From Octopus bimaculoides (lineage: Eukaryota), in NCBI RefSeq assembly GCF_001194135.2, contig NC_068982.1, positions 127,665,571 through 127,717,698 on the forward strand: a DNA stretch of 52,128 nucleotides, read 5' to 3'. This document shows positions 12,046-25,589 of the stretch, piece by piece. Under the pieces are notes generated by a model. It ran no database searches, was not told the origin of the DNA, and was given only the letters and a program-made list of their open reading frames with translations. Within the stretch, counting starts at the first letter, position 1. Each line of letters begins with the position of its first letter. A program made the position numbers and the translations under genes.

Positions 12046-13079
12046 ATATATATATATATACATACATACATACATAGATGCATGCATGCATACATACATA
12101 CATACATACATACATACTCACACACATACACACACAATGAATTGCACACTGTTTCTGCTTACCAAATTCACTCACAATCATTGGTTAGCCTAGGGCTATA
12201 GTAGAAGAGACTTACTCAAAGTGTCACACAGTGGGACTGGACCTGAATCCATATGGCTTCAAAACGAGCTTCTTAAACTTGGCCATTCCTTACCACAGCC
12301 TTCCTAACTATTCTAAATATATAAATCTGTTTAGAAGTAAAATATTTTCCTAGCTTAAATAATTTTGTTATATATATATTTGTTTTATATGTCAATTCAA
12401 GAGTTGAGCTTCCAAGATTTATCCTAGCACAGCCCTAGGCTTATTAGCACTCCAAGCAACCAAAAAGCCATTACCATCTTTTTTTCCTTTTGAGATATTC
12501 CCAAAAAGTAAAACTTGTAAATGGATGAATAAAGAATTTTTTTACAGTTTATTAAATATAACAATAAAGCATTTATTTCATTTATTAATCATATTTTCCC
12601 CTTGCACATGACACATCAGGTGATTGCTGGAGCTGCCTCGATTTGTTTTCTTGGAATAGTTGGCTCATAGCTGCCTTATCATACAGTTTTAAATGCCTTA
12701 GGTTTATGCCTATTTGTGTAATCTAATAAAAGATTTTTAACTGTTGGCAACAGCATTCAAACTAATACAATTTTCACATAATCTCATTAAGTGTCTATTA
12801 GAATCTATTTGTCATAATGTAAGTATGATATATTAATCTAAAGCTTTTTATAGTATAACATAATGTTATTTTATACTAATTTCAATGAACATAGTTATCA
12901 TTATATACTGGAATATTTATTAAGCTAAGTAAGGTGAATTAGATCTCATAATGGAAGTACAGTACAGTAAAAGACTAAAAGTGAATTCGACTACTATTGA
13001 TATGAATTGGTTTTTTATAGGCATGTGTCAGATGTACCTTCCTCCAAGGTACAAATAGCATGGACAGAGAAAGGCCACA

Positions 13080-13277
13080 TAATCTTTTCTACTCTAGGCA
13101 CAAGGCCTGAAATTTGTGAGGAAGGGACCAGTCGATTAGGTCAACCCCAGTGTGCAATTGGTACTTAATTTATCGACCACCCCAAAAGGATGAAAGGCAA
13201 AGTTGACCTCGGTGGAATTTGAAATACTGCTAAGCAATTCGCCTGGCATCCTAACGTGTCTGCCAGCTCGCCGCCTT
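13080..13277 (-). mobile_element. Family C SINE (tail 2)
   Basis: Central domain and head on the reverse strand. Confidence 0.75.
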
Positions 13278-13310
13278 ACAAAGGCCACATATTGCAATTA
13301 CTGTGTGTGC

Positions 13311-13350
<40 letters not shown>

Positions 13351-14519
13351 CTAAGCAAAAAATGGCCGGGATAATGGGGCATGGAGCATATTTGGTGAAT
13401 TTTGCTTCCACAAATTGTCTAGACACATTTTAAACATTTCAACATGTTTTAATATACCAAATTTTCTAATTTTTCATGCTTATTGATGTATAAAGTAATT
13501 TCTTAGACATTCGCCAAACTTATACCAGTATGCTAATTAACTTTCTCTGTATGACTTAATCATTTTGTACATGGCTTAAGTTGTTTTGTTTGTGGAGATA
13601 AATACTTAAAAAAAAAAAATAAGGCCAGAATTGTGCAGTCAGTTATGTATACATAGATGTATGTATTGTATGTATGTATACACATACATACATCTGTATG
13701 TATATATTTATAAATATATACATTATGCATATAAATGCATATATGTATACATATATATATTATATATACATGCATACATAAATATATATATATATATATA
13801 NNNNNNNNNNNNNNNNNNNNNNNNNNNNNNNNNNNNNNNNNNNNNNNNNNNNNNNNNNNNNNNNNNNNNNNNNNNNNNNNNNNNNNNNNNNNNNNNNNNN
13901 NNNNNNNNNNNNNNNNNNNNNNNNNNNNNNNNNNNNNNNNNNNNNNNNNNNNNNNNNNNNNNNNNNNNNNNNNNNNNNNNNNNNNNNNNNNNNNNNNNNN
14001 NNNNNNNNNNNNNNNNNNNNNNNNNNNNNNNNNNNNNNNNNNNNNNNNNNNNNNNNNNNNNNNNNNNNNNNNNNNNNNNNNNNNNNNNNNNNNNNNNNNN
14101 NNNNNNNNNNNNNNNNNNNNNNNNNNNNNNNNNNNNNNNNNNNNNNNNNNNNNNNNNNNNNNNNNNNNNNNNNNNNNNNNNNNNNNNNNNNNNNNNNNNN
14201 NNNNNNNNNNNNNNNNNNNNNNNNNNNNNNNNNNNNNNNNNNNNNNNNNNNNNNNNNNNNNNNNNNNNNNNNNNNNNNNNNNNNNNNNNNNNNNNNNNNN
14301 NNNNNNNNNNNNNNNNNNNNNNNNNNNNNNNNNNNNNNTATATATATATGTATATATAAAGATAAATGGATAGATATATGTACTCTGCTTCTTAGTCATT
14401 ACATTCGGTATGTTCCTCAAGTTTCATTTCCTTGGAAGGCTAAATAGGTTTTAAGACTTTAAGCATATTTCCGTGTACCTAATTATTTTGCTGCATCAAC
14501 AGTTGACGTAATTATCATC

Positions 14520-14990
14520 ATCATCACAATCTTTATCATTGTCATCGTCGTCATCAATATTGTTGTTGTTGATTTCATAGCTTGCATAGGTCAGATGGTG
14601 GAATCCAATGACGCAGATTTTTCTATGGCCAGATGTCCTTCTTATTGCTGGCTTTGACCAGATTCCCAGCAAGGTAACATTTCTTTAATGGCTGGACATG
14701 TCATCATGGAAAGTGGGTAATGAAGGACACGTGTATGACAGAGACACTTGTTTACAACAATTGGGTATTGTTAAGACAAGAAGAAACAAGCACACACACA
14801 AACACATGAGCACACTCACACATATTTTTATACATACACATACATGCACACATTTGTATATACACGGATAGGCACACTTCACTTTCTGGCTACCAAATCC
14901 AATCAAAAAGCTTAGGTTGTCCCAGGATTATTGGAGAAGGTACTCGCCTATGGTGCCTTGCTCTGGAACTGAACCTGTAACCACATCATA
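14520..14990 (-). mobile_element. Family B-head SINE with RTE-like tail F, diverged
   Basis: B head at about 14870-14990, internal (CA)n, F tail ending in (CAT)n on the + strand. Confidence 0.6.
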
Positions 14991-15350
14991 CTTGTATGTG
15001 TGTGTGTGTGTGTATGTATACAAATAGATGTGTGTGTGTGTGTGTGTATATGTGTATATGTACACAAATACATGTGTGTGTGTGTTTTATTTAAAATTAC
15101 TTTAACCACACATGCTTTTATAAAAAAAACATTCTACATTTTCTCCCAAGTCCTCATTAATGCTTTCAGTTTATTCAATACAATATTAAGACCTGTGGGG
15201 TGTTTCGTTGGCAAGTTTATCTTCATCCTTTCACAAGAAAAATCATTAAAGTGAAAGTCAATGCTAATTTACATATATTCATTGAAAGTCAAGATATTCA
15301 ATAATTGTTTCTCTGATATTCCTCAACATTAACTTGCATGTTTGACTCAC

Positions 15351-15462
15351 CAATAGAATGGAACAATGACAAAATTTAACTGAATGAAATTACACGTGCT
15401 CTCCAAGAATTCATATCCTGCATTTCTGTTCGCTAACCCAAATACAAGTATTGATTTTTTAC
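15351..15462 (-). CDS. Candidate internal exon (112 nt) of an unidentified gene
   Basis: Acceptor caccttttccccag|, donor TTG|gtgagt, only one open frame: (G/C)KKSILVFGLANRNAGYEFLESTCNFIQLNFVIVPFY(W). Confidence 0.55.
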
Positions 15463-15794
15463 CTGGGGAAAAGGTGTCAGGTTTATATTAGAAAGGAAAT
15501 GAGATTATAAGGCTTTCATATCTTCCCTAAAAAAAATGTATTATCCACATAGCTTAAATGAAAAGGAACCAAAACCACATCGTCGTCTTGGTTTTTCAAG
15601 AGTTTAACAAATATTTTTATTATGGTTAAACATAAATCTGCATTTTTTTTTTTTTTACAGGGTGAGTTTTAATAAATTAAAATATTCTCTCTTAGCATAG
15701 GTGTCAGTATGGTTGTGTGGTTAAGTAGCTCACTTTCCTAACATGTGGTTTAGGTTTAAGTCTTGGCCAAATATCTTCTAATATAGCCCTGGGC

Positions 15795-16260
15795 TAAGGT
15801 GGTGAGCTGGCAGAAACATTAGCATGTCAGCTGGCAAAATAGGCGGCGAGCTGGCAAAATCGTTAGCACGTCAGGCGAAATGTTTAGCAGTATTTTATCT
15901 GCCATTATGTTCTGAGTTCAAATTCCGCCGAAGTCGACTTTGCCTTTCAGCATTTCAGGGTTGATAAATCAAGTACCAGTTACACACTGGGGTCAATGTA
16001 ATCGACTTAATCCCTTTGTCTGTCCTTGTTTGTCCCCTCTATTTTTAGCCCCTTGTGGGCAATAAAGAAATAAGAAGCATTAGCACACTAGATAGTTCGT
16101 CTGTCTTTACGTTCTGAGTTCAAATTCTGCCGAGATCGACTTTGCCTTTCATCCTTTCAGGGTCGATGAATTAAGTAACTGTTGTGTATTGGGGTTGATC
16201 TAATCGATTGGCCTCCTCCTCAAAAATTTCAGGTCTTGTGCCTAGAGTAGAAAAGAATAT
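15795..16260 (+). mobile_element. Nested family C SINEs (tail-1 copy inside the head of a tail-2 copy)
   Basis: Head fragment at 15795-15830, full copy at 15840-16075, remainder at 16075-16260. Confidence 0.75.
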
Positions 16261-17974
16261 AGCCCTAGACTGACAATGCCTTGTTACTGAATTTAGCTGA
16301 GAGAAACTGTAAGGAAACCTATCATATATATGCATGTATGATTCTTTGTGTCTGTATTTGCCTCACCACCAACTGATTGACAACTGGTGTTGCTTTGTTT
16401 ATGTGACTTTAACTAAGCAGTTAGTTAAAAAAAGAATAAGTACTAAACTTAAAAAATAAGGTCTGGGGTTGATCTATTCGACTGAAAACCTTGAAGGTAC
16501 AGCCCCAGCATGGCTGCAGTCCATGATGAAAGATAAAGGATATTGATGGTATTTTTTCTGCATGCAAATTTTGAAAAATGAATTGAGCATAGTGTTTTAA
16601 AAAATATACTTAAAACTTTTTATGCATATACATTTTTCTAGTAAAAGTCTATAGTCTAAAGGTTAAGATGTTTGACTTGTAGCATGTTAGGAAAGCTATT
16701 TTAGCTGTCATATCATAGCATTCTCCAACCAATCAGGGCTGGGTCCATATGAATACAAAAGGCAGTTCTCTGCCTGAGAAGAGAAGTGAGAGTTTTAATC
16801 AGTTAGCGGAAATACGGCGGACCAGCAACATCGCTTCTTCATCATGAATAGTTTTTCATACCACCTTTATGCCACTAGCTATGGATTATACCTACCCTCA
16901 AACTCTGATCACATTACGAAAAGCCTATTTCATTTATGCCTACTTCACTCCGAGAAATTCTGGATAACATCAGCTCACTATTCTGGTCGTGTTATGGGCA
17001 GTATATATTTTTTTACACTAGTTCCATTCCTATTAGCTTATATGGATTCCAATTGAATCCATATTTCAAATGTAAATTATAAAGCTTTCCCAGACTCATG
17101 CATACACACCTAGGCTATGCTCTTACTACTTATCAGCTCTTGTTATCTGTTAATAAATCAAAATGTTTTGTTTGAAAACTGCCTTTTGATATTCCATTAC
17201 ACATGCTTCCCAAAAGCTCACTCACAGTACTTTTCCATGAATACTTTCATTCCATAAACTAGTAACCACACACACACTAAAGACTCATGATCATAAGGTT
17301 ACACTATGTCACATTGCCTTAGTCTACTCAGCTGAAATAAGTACCAGCTATGTAGATGGTACAATGGTGTTTCCCTTCAGCTGTCACATTCTGGATACTT
17401 TGCTGGATTAAGAGGGAGAGGGTTAAGGGTATGCCTATGTCTACTTATGGTATATGTATATATGTATATATATATATATATATANNNNNNNNNNNNNNNN
17501 NNNNNNNNNNNNNNNNNNNNNNNNNNNNNNNNNNNNNNNNNNNNNNNNNNNNNNNNNNNNNNNNNNNNNNNNNNNNNNNNNNNNNNNNNNNNNNNNNNNN
17601 NNNNNNNNNNNNNNNNNNNNNNNNNNNNNNNNNNNNNNNNNNNNNNNNNNNNNNNNNNNNNNNNNNNNNNNNNNNNNNNNNNNNNNNNNNNNNNNNNNNN
17701 NNNNNNNNNNNNNNNNNNNNNNNNNNNNNNNNNNNNNNNNNNNNNNNNNNNNNNNNNNNNNNNNNNNNNNNNNNNNNNNNNNNNNNNNNNNNNNNNNNNN
17801 NNNNNNNNNNNNNNNNNNNNNNNNNNNNNNNNNNNNNNNNNNNNNNNNNNNNNNNNNTGTGTTCTTTGCTACATTGGTTTCTATTAACCCATTTATTCTA
17901 TCAGAAGAATTTTTATTCATTAAGATAGAAGAAATACACATAATTATATATATATATATATATATACCTTTCCT

Positions 17975-18488
17975 TCATTGGACACTAAACTCTGCTTGCA
18001 AAGACTTGTTGAAGCAAGTGAAATTGAAATCGAACCAAATTCGATGACTGACACCCATGCCAGTGGAGCGCTAACAGCACCATCCGAGCATGATCATTGC
18101 CAGAGCAGCTGTCTGGCTTCTGTGTTGGGACATGTAAAAAGCACCATTCGAACATAATTGTTACCAGCGTCACCTTACTGGCACTTGTGCCAGTGGCACA
18201 TGAAAAACATTCAAGCAAGGTCATTACCAGTGCCGCTGGACTGGCTCCTGTGCAGGTGGCATGTAAAAAACACCATTTGAGCATGGCTGTTGCCAGTACT
18301 GCCTAACTAGCCCTCGTGCCGGTGGCATATAAAAGCATCCACTACACTTTTGGAGTGGTTGGCGTTAGAAAGGGCATTCAGCTGTAGAAACTCTGCCAGA
18401 TCAGATTGGAGCCTGGTGCAGCCATCTGGTTCACCAGTCGTCAGTCAAATCGTCAAACCCATGCCAGCATGGAAAGTGAACGCTAAAC

Positions 18489-18520
<32 letters not shown>
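17975..18520 (+). mobile_element. RTE 3' UTR-type repeat (family A)
   Basis: Same sequence as 11480-12045, with (GAT)n tail. Confidence 0.85.
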
Positions 18521-18521
<1 letters not shown>

Positions 18522-18982
18522 ATATATATATATATATATATATATACATGCATTTGTGTGTGTCTGTGTTTTTGCTTGTCTTACACCACCATTTGAGAAC
18601 TGGTGTTGTTAACATACGAGTAACTTAGTGGTTCAGTAAAAGAGAATGATAGAATAAGTGCCAAACTTTAAAATGAGTACTGAGATTGATTTCTTCTACT
18701 AGACTACAATGCAGTGACTGAAACAAACAAAGAAAGAAAGAAAATGTAAAAAAAAAAAAAAAAAGAACCTCAGAAAAGATGAAAGAAAAAGTTGATCTTA
18801 GCAGGATTTGAACTCATTGCAGAGCGAGTCAAAACATATCCCCACCACAGAACAACACTGTAACAAGTCTGCCAATTCACTGTCTTTGCTGCCTACACTT
18901 AGCAATAGGAAAATCATCCAGCTGTGAAAACATTCCAACCAAATCTTATGCAATTATCCCAATCTCTAAATAAACATCCTAC

Positions 18983-19014
18983 CGATTCCAAAATTAAAAC
19001 TAGGTGTGAAATGA
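18983..19014 (-). CDS. Candidate 32-nt exon
   Basis: TACTAAC branch-point match about 30 nt upstream of ttcttttttaag|, donor TCG|gtagga; two frames open. Confidence 0.45.
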
Positions 19015-19311
19015 CTTAAAAAAGAAATAGGAAATATTTAAATGTTAGTAATTTATATATGATGAACGAAAAGCTGTGCGTCTTAGCAACTAAATCCTTC
19101 AGGCTTAGTAAGCTAAAATGATCCAATATGTTTCTCTTCTTGTGCAAATAGGATGAATAATGTCAGTTGTTTCATATTTCTTTTTCTCTGTCTTATTTAT
19201 CTTTTTTTTTTCCTGTTATTTTGACTTTATTAAAGTAGGAAGGAATAGCAGTCAATTTTTCTGTCTTCTTCAGTAACCGTAGTAATAGAAACAAACCGAA
19301 GTAACTCCTAC

Positions 19312-19375
19312 CTGGAATGAAAACTAGGCCACAGTTTTGCCTTCCTTGTATCTTGTCTTCTTCACTAATACAATA
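19312..19375 (-). CDS. Candidate 64-nt exon
   Basis: Acceptor tttttagctag|, donor CAG|gtagga, frame YCISEEDKIQGRQNCGLVFIP; phase-compatible with 21856-21946. Confidence 0.35.
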
Positions 19376-19444
19376 CTAGCTAAAAATATTAAAACAGATT
19401 TTGGTGGGAAAGTTTATTTCCTGGTGACATGGTTTCAGTCCCAT

Positions 19445-19828
19445 TACTCTTTTACTCTTTTACTTGTTTTGGTCATTTGGCTGCGGCCATGCTGGAGCAC
19501 CACCGTTAGTCGAGCAAATCGACCCCAGGACTTATTCTTTGTAAGCCTAGTACTTATTCTATCAGTCTCTTTTGCTGAACCGCTAGGTTACAGGGACGTA
19601 AACACACCAACATCGGTTGTCAAGCGATGGTGGTGGGGCACAAACACAAACACACATACATATATACGACTGGCTTCTTTCATTTTCCGTCTACCAAATC
19701 CACTCACAAGACTTTGGTCGGCCCGAGGCTATAGTAGAAGACACTTGCCCAAGGTGCCACACAGTGGGACTGAACCCAAAACCATATGGTTGGTAAACAA
19801 GCTACTTACCACACAGCCACTCCTGCGC
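19445..19828 (-). mobile_element. Full-length family B SINE with tail D (young)
   Basis: tRNA head with A/B boxes, CORE-like ggcaagtgtcttctactatagcc, internal (TA/TG)n, tail aatgactgaaacaagtaaaagag; very similar to 44888-45290. Confidence 0.85.
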
Positions 19829-19839
19829 CTTACCATTGC

Positions 19840-20340
19840 ATAGCATCTTATGCCAGTGTCTTCTACTATTGCCCTAGGCTGACCTTACCCCTGTGAGTAC
19901 ATCTGGTAAGCAGAAACTGAAAGAAGCCCAGTACGTATGCATGCATGCATGCATGCATGTATGTATGTATGTATGTGTGTATATAATACACACACACACA
20001 CATATATATATAGTTAGATGAATTAAAATATATATGTATATATAAATGTATATATGTGTACACATGTGTGTGTGTATGTACATGTGTGTGTGTTTGTCTC
20101 CTTGTCTTGACATCACGTGATAGTGGGAAAAAAAAAACATTATACAAGTGGTGTCTTTCATTTCCAATATCCCATAGAAACTTGTCTGCCCATGGGAAAA
20201 TATTATCTTGCCTGGAAGCAGGTGAGGGTTGGTGACAGGAAAGGCATTTATTTGTAAAAAAAATCAATGAACTCCATCTACCCCAGGCAAGCATGGAAAA
20301 GTAGACATTAAAACAACGATGATGATAGTGTGACGATGAT
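19840..20340 (+). mobile_element. Family B-head SINE with RTE-like tail F
   Basis: Partial B head, microsatellite, tail ending gcaagcatggaaaagtagacattaaaacaacgatgatg. Confidence 0.7.
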
Positions 20341-20599
20341 GTCACTAAAATTACATTTTAACTGTTGTTTTTCCTAAGAGCACATTTCTTTTACAAAAAG
20401 GAACTACATTTCTTTTCTAAAAAAACGCTTAAATTTATTTCATTTGACAAACCAGATGCCTTTTAAGAATGTACATAAGTTAAGTTTAATGCATAGCTGG
20501 CTAGTGAGATTATAGAATGCAAGAGAAATTTGTAACCAAATTTATGTACAGCAATGAAATAAAATGGTAACCAATAATGCACTAGAAGATTAATATTTA

Positions 20600-21250
20600 A
20601 CTGGTCATAAGGCAGTGAACTGACAGAATTGTTAGAATGCCAGGCAAAATTTCTCACAGCATTTCGTCTGCCTTTATATTCTGAGTTCAAATTCTGCCAA
20701 GGTTGAATTTGTCTTTCATCCTTTTGGGGTCAATAAAATAAGTACCAGTTGAGCACTGAGGTCGATGTAATCAACTTATTCCTCACCTGAAATTGCTGGC
20801 CTTGTGCCAGAATTTGTGACCAATATTTAACTGACCATGTCTACCAATGTTCAGATTTTGTATAAAAATCTTGGGGTAGCTGAGTGACTAAGAAGTTTGC
20901 TTCATAACCACATGGTTTGGGGTTTGGTCCTCTGGCATGGCAACTTGAATATGAGTCTTTTACTTTGGCTTCAGGCTAACCATTCCTTGTGAGTAAAATT
21001 TGGTCAACAAAAGCCCTGTTATATGTATATGTGCATACAAGGTGGTGAGCTGGTAAAACCACCAGCATGCCAAACAAAGCCTGGCAGCATTTCATCTCTC
21101 TTTGTGTTCTGAGTTCAGATTCCACTGAGGTCAACTTTGCCTTTCAGCCTTTTCAGGTCAATAAAATAAGCACCAGCTGAACACTGGGGTCTATGTAATT
21201 TATTACCCCACTTCCCACAAAATTCTAGGTTTTGTATCTATACTAGAAAG
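20600..21250 (+). mobile_element. Cluster of diverged family C SINEs (20600-20825, 21040-21250) with a B-head relic between them
   Basis: ctgagttcaaattc...tttcatcctt...aataagtaccag domains. Confidence 0.7.
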
Positions 21251-21855
21251 GATGTGTATTTGTGTATGTGTGTGCATGTATATGCATGTGTGTGTGTGTG
21301 AGTTTATGCTTATATAATGAACTTATTGTATACAGTGCTCAGATGCACTACAAATGTTCAATAATTTATCAATGTAACAGAATCAATGTAATAATAAAAT
21401 ATATTGTGAGTAGTGGCAAGTAACTGCTGTCTCTAGCAGACAAGGTGTCCAATACTGAAGAGTGGCAGAAATAGCTTGAAACCAGGACTGGTCTGCTGGT
21501 CCCATCACTAGAAGGTGATAGGGATTCACTCCCTGCTTGCAATTTATTGGATGCAACTCTGCATCATTAATCAGCTAGAGGAGATGTCCTCTTGGGGTTA
21601 AAAAAATCGCAGTAGAATCCGTTCAAACAAACAGCCATGTTGAAGTGGCTACAAACATTACTTCTCAATAAAATATGTATCAGGCTTAAAAATAAATATT
21701 GGAATCGATATGATGAACTAAACTCTTGACAGTAGTAACCCAGCATGGTTGCAGTCCAATGATTGAAATCTGTAAAAGAATAAAAGAACAGTGAAAATGA
21801 ATGGGCTTAAAAAGAAAAACCAATCTGTTTCTTTATTAAAAACATACTTTCTTAC

Positions 21856-21946
21856 TTCTTGGCATAAGATTTTGAAGAGTATATCTTTCCTTTCTACTTC
21901 AATATTTGACAATTTTTTGCAGACATAAGTGAATATTGTTTTTCTC
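21856..21946 (-). CDS. Candidate internal exon (91 nt)
   Basis: Acceptor ttgactcaatttag|, donor GAA|gtaaga, single open frame RKTIFTYVCKKLSNIEVERKDILFKILCQE. Confidence 0.5.
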
Positions 21947-22225
21947 CTAAATTGAGTCAAATGTATATGGTTGAAATAATTGCTTAGATTCGTCTGTGAA
22001 ATGTGACTGCAACCTATTTTCAGCCAGTTGGATTGAGATATGATGTCGCATAATATTTAAGCAGACATTGTACTGAAGTTGCTGGGCTAAAGTTTTCATT
22101 TCAAGATTATATTTTCAGCAGCCCAACAACTTAATATCACAGTGATTGTGCTTTCTGGTGGCTTGTACAAATCTATTAAAAGCAAATTTCCCAAATTACT
22201 TTTGGTGAGAAACTCATTACTGCTC

Positions 22226-22256
<31 letters not shown>

Positions 22257-23248
22257 NNNNNNNNNNNNNNNNNNNNNNNNNNNNNNNNNNNNNNNNNNNN
22301 NNNNNNGTGCGTGTGTGTGTGCGTGTGTGTGCGTGTGTGTGTGTGCATTTTCTTTTTTCTTTTTTTTTTTTTTATCAAATTTGAAAAATTAGATTTTCCG
22401 TTTTTTGCTGTTTCTCATTTATATTATCATTTCCCTTGAAATCAATGGTTGTGCCAAGCATGTCAAATGATCTGCTAATGCTAGATACCAAAAACAGATA
22501 CTGCAGTTAACATGAATATTCATGTTCAACAGAACTATTATGATTTCGAAATAGTTACTCTAACTGATAAAAGAATTTAAAATAACATCATCATTCATTG
22601 AAACTCCCAATAATCATTTAGTAACTTTTAAATCTTTTACAATAATAATCTTTATAGATTTTTTGAAATTCATTTCATGGCAAACTCTTTTTCATCAACA
22701 TCATCATCATCATCATCAACAGCAGCAGTAGCAGTAGTAGCAGTAATGTAAAGAGCTCTTCATAGTTTTAAGATTTTTGGTTATATATTCAAAATAAAGT
22801 CAAAGAGGTGCATATTGCAGATATTAAGATATTTCAGATAAAGATAATTATTTCAATAGAAGCATGCATGTTTGTGTTGTTAAGAAAGTTCACCTTGCAA
22901 CCATGTGGCTTTGAGTTCAATTCCACTGTGGAATAGACTAACTATAGCCTCTGGTTGATTAAGGCTTTGTGTATAAAACCTACAATAAAGAAATTTTGTA
23001 GAAACTTCTCTGTGTGTGTGTATGGGGATGGTGGATGTGTGTGTGTGCATGCGCACGCACATGTGTGTATGCATATATGTGTATGTGTGTGTGTGTGTGT
23101 GTAAGAGAAAGAGAGTGAGTGAGTATTTCAGTGTGTGTATGTATGTTTGAATGAGTATGTGCAAGTGTTTGTGTGTATGCTTTCATGAGTGTTCTTGTAT
23201 GTGTGCATACACATTCGTGTGTGTGTGTGTGTGTGTCTGTGTGTGTGT

Positions 23249-23320
<72 letters not shown>

Positions 23321-23699
23321 GTGTTTGTGTCCCTGTATCTTATATTGACATTGCTCTGGTGGTGATGTTATTTATGTCTCCCATAAACAAAATGTTTGGT
23401 AGAGATTCAATAAACAAAAATGTAGAATAAAGAACCTTTCTTGAAAATCACGTAATGATCGATGAGGAGGAGGGTACCTAGCCATAAAACACTACCTCAG
23501 GGTCTCTGATCCAACTCATGCCAACATAGAAAAAGTAGATAAAATAAAAAGTACGTGATGATGAAGTGAGACAGAAATAAATTGTCTTTTTTTTTTAATA
23601 TTTATTGGAAAGTGAAGAGTCAGCAATTATGACCTTCACAGATACTCTCAAACCAATATGCTTGATGCAGTTAATAAAAGACTTAAATTCAAGGCAATA

Positions 23700-23905
23700 A
23701 GCTGGAAGAATTGTTAGTATGCTGCACAAAATGCTTAACAGCTTATCATGTCTTTATGTTCTGAGTTCAAATTCTGCTAAGGTAGACTTTGCCTTTTATC
23801 CTTTCAGGGTCGATAAAATGAGTACCAGTTGAACCCTGAGGTAGATGTAATCAACTTACCCTTCCTCTGGAATTGCTGGTTTTGTGCCAAAATTTGAAAT
23901 CAATA
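23700..23905 (+). mobile_element. Family C SINE, diverged
   Basis: Central domain gcctttt atcctttcagggtcgataaaatgagtaccag. Confidence 0.7.
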
Positions 23906-25396
23906 TTAAACCTAACTTTTAGTTTGTTGGTGCTGATCTATATAATGTATGTGAGAAGAAATTCCAGAAATCTGAAGATCTAAGAAGGTGTGTTTTTCAT
24001 ATGGGAAGAGATAATCTTATAGAACTTTTGATCTATAACAACTTTTGATCCATTTCAGCAATGCCCGTTAATGCTAAACCTGATTCTTTGGCGTTGACCA
24101 GTAGAACTAATCTTGTAATGAACTTTTGATCTACAAGAATATTTGATCAATAAAATTGATGCTGTTAATGTTAAATTTGAATATTGGTTCATTGGCGTTG
24201 ACCAATCCAATATATGCAGAGAAAAATTCTTGAAGGTTACAGATCTGAGAAGATATGTTTTGCATTAGGGAGATGATAATCTTGTAACAAACTTTTGATC
24301 AATTTTTTGTTTCTATGTAGATCCTTCCTTCAAAGAGGATGAATATTGTCCATAACCTGTGGAGAAGCTTTCTGATCAGAGAAATGGGGAAGTGATATGA
24401 TTGGTGTAATTAGTATAGAAACTGAAAAAGTAAAACACAGTTTTCCAGAGTGATACTCTTCTAGATCAAAACTCTATTTAGGTTTCCTGTAGTTTTTTGG
24501 TTAAGTATGGATGACCAGAAGGAGATAGATGCAACTGGTTAGTTCAAAAGAACAGAATTTATTATAGAAATCATACAAGAAGCAGAGACAAGACAAAATC
24601 TTATTCAGAATCAGAAGTGAAAGATTGTTGCTTGATCAGAGCCTACTTCTAATACAGCAGTTTTCAGACATTGCATTACAGTGAAGTGGCACACAGTAAG
24701 CAGTACAGCATAGACTTTATGAAATATAATTTAAGGCACCAGAAAATCCATGTTAATGGCTGAGTATCTTGAAAACAAGTTATTTATAATTTTGTTATAC
24801 ACAGATATAAATAAAACAATTAAAAAGTTTACCATATTTTTTCTAAATTTTAATTTTAAAACCTGAATCTTTTACTTTTCTGACAAGACTGTGTCAGTTA
24901 CTGTTTATTTAATCTCCAGTATGCTACAAAGTCAAAAGGATTACAAAACCACTGTTCAAATGGTCAGTAATTGTAAGAAAATAAGCATCAAGAGAAAACT
25001 ATATTGTCAATAAAATGTTTTAGACTGAGAGGACCAAAAAACAAAAAAAAACAAAAATGCTCAAGCAATAGATTTATCTCCTTTATTAATGATAATCTCA
25101 AAGGACTTAGTTTCACTGTTTTATCAAAGCTTGAGAAAATTGTGGTCACACATGCAAGCATGAAATATAGATCCTAGATTTCTTTAGAACATAAATTAAT
25201 GAGCACTAAGAGTAGAAAGGAAAGTTCAAGATGAAAGATATAAACAAATCTCCTTAGGTCTATATTTTCCCACTAAGGTAAACAACTTAATCATTTCAGT
25301 ACATTTTTACAATTTTCATGATTGTGTATCTATCATTTGACATGTATTTGAGCTGAGGATACTGGAGTGGTAGTTCGTAAAATAGGATTGGTTTCT

Positions 25397-25589
25397 CACT
25401 TCTTTACTGCCCACAAGGGACTAAACATAGAGGGGACAAACAAGGGATTAAGTCGATTACATCGACACCAGTGCGTAACTGGTACTTAATTTATCGACCC
25501 TAAAAGGATGAACTCAGAACGTAACGGCAGACAAATTATCGTTAAGCATTTCACCCGGCGTGCTAATGTTTCTGCCAACTCGCTGCCTT
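25397..25589 (-). mobile_element. Family C SINE (internally deleted) with a perfect 15-bp TSD
   Basis: ataggattggtttct at 25382-25396 and 25590-25604. Confidence 0.9.

Noticed and set aside
16844-17056. L2/CR1 RT relic (YHLYATSYGLYL resembling YHxYADDxQLY)
   Set aside because: The catalytic DD is absent and no flanking RT motifs are recognisable.
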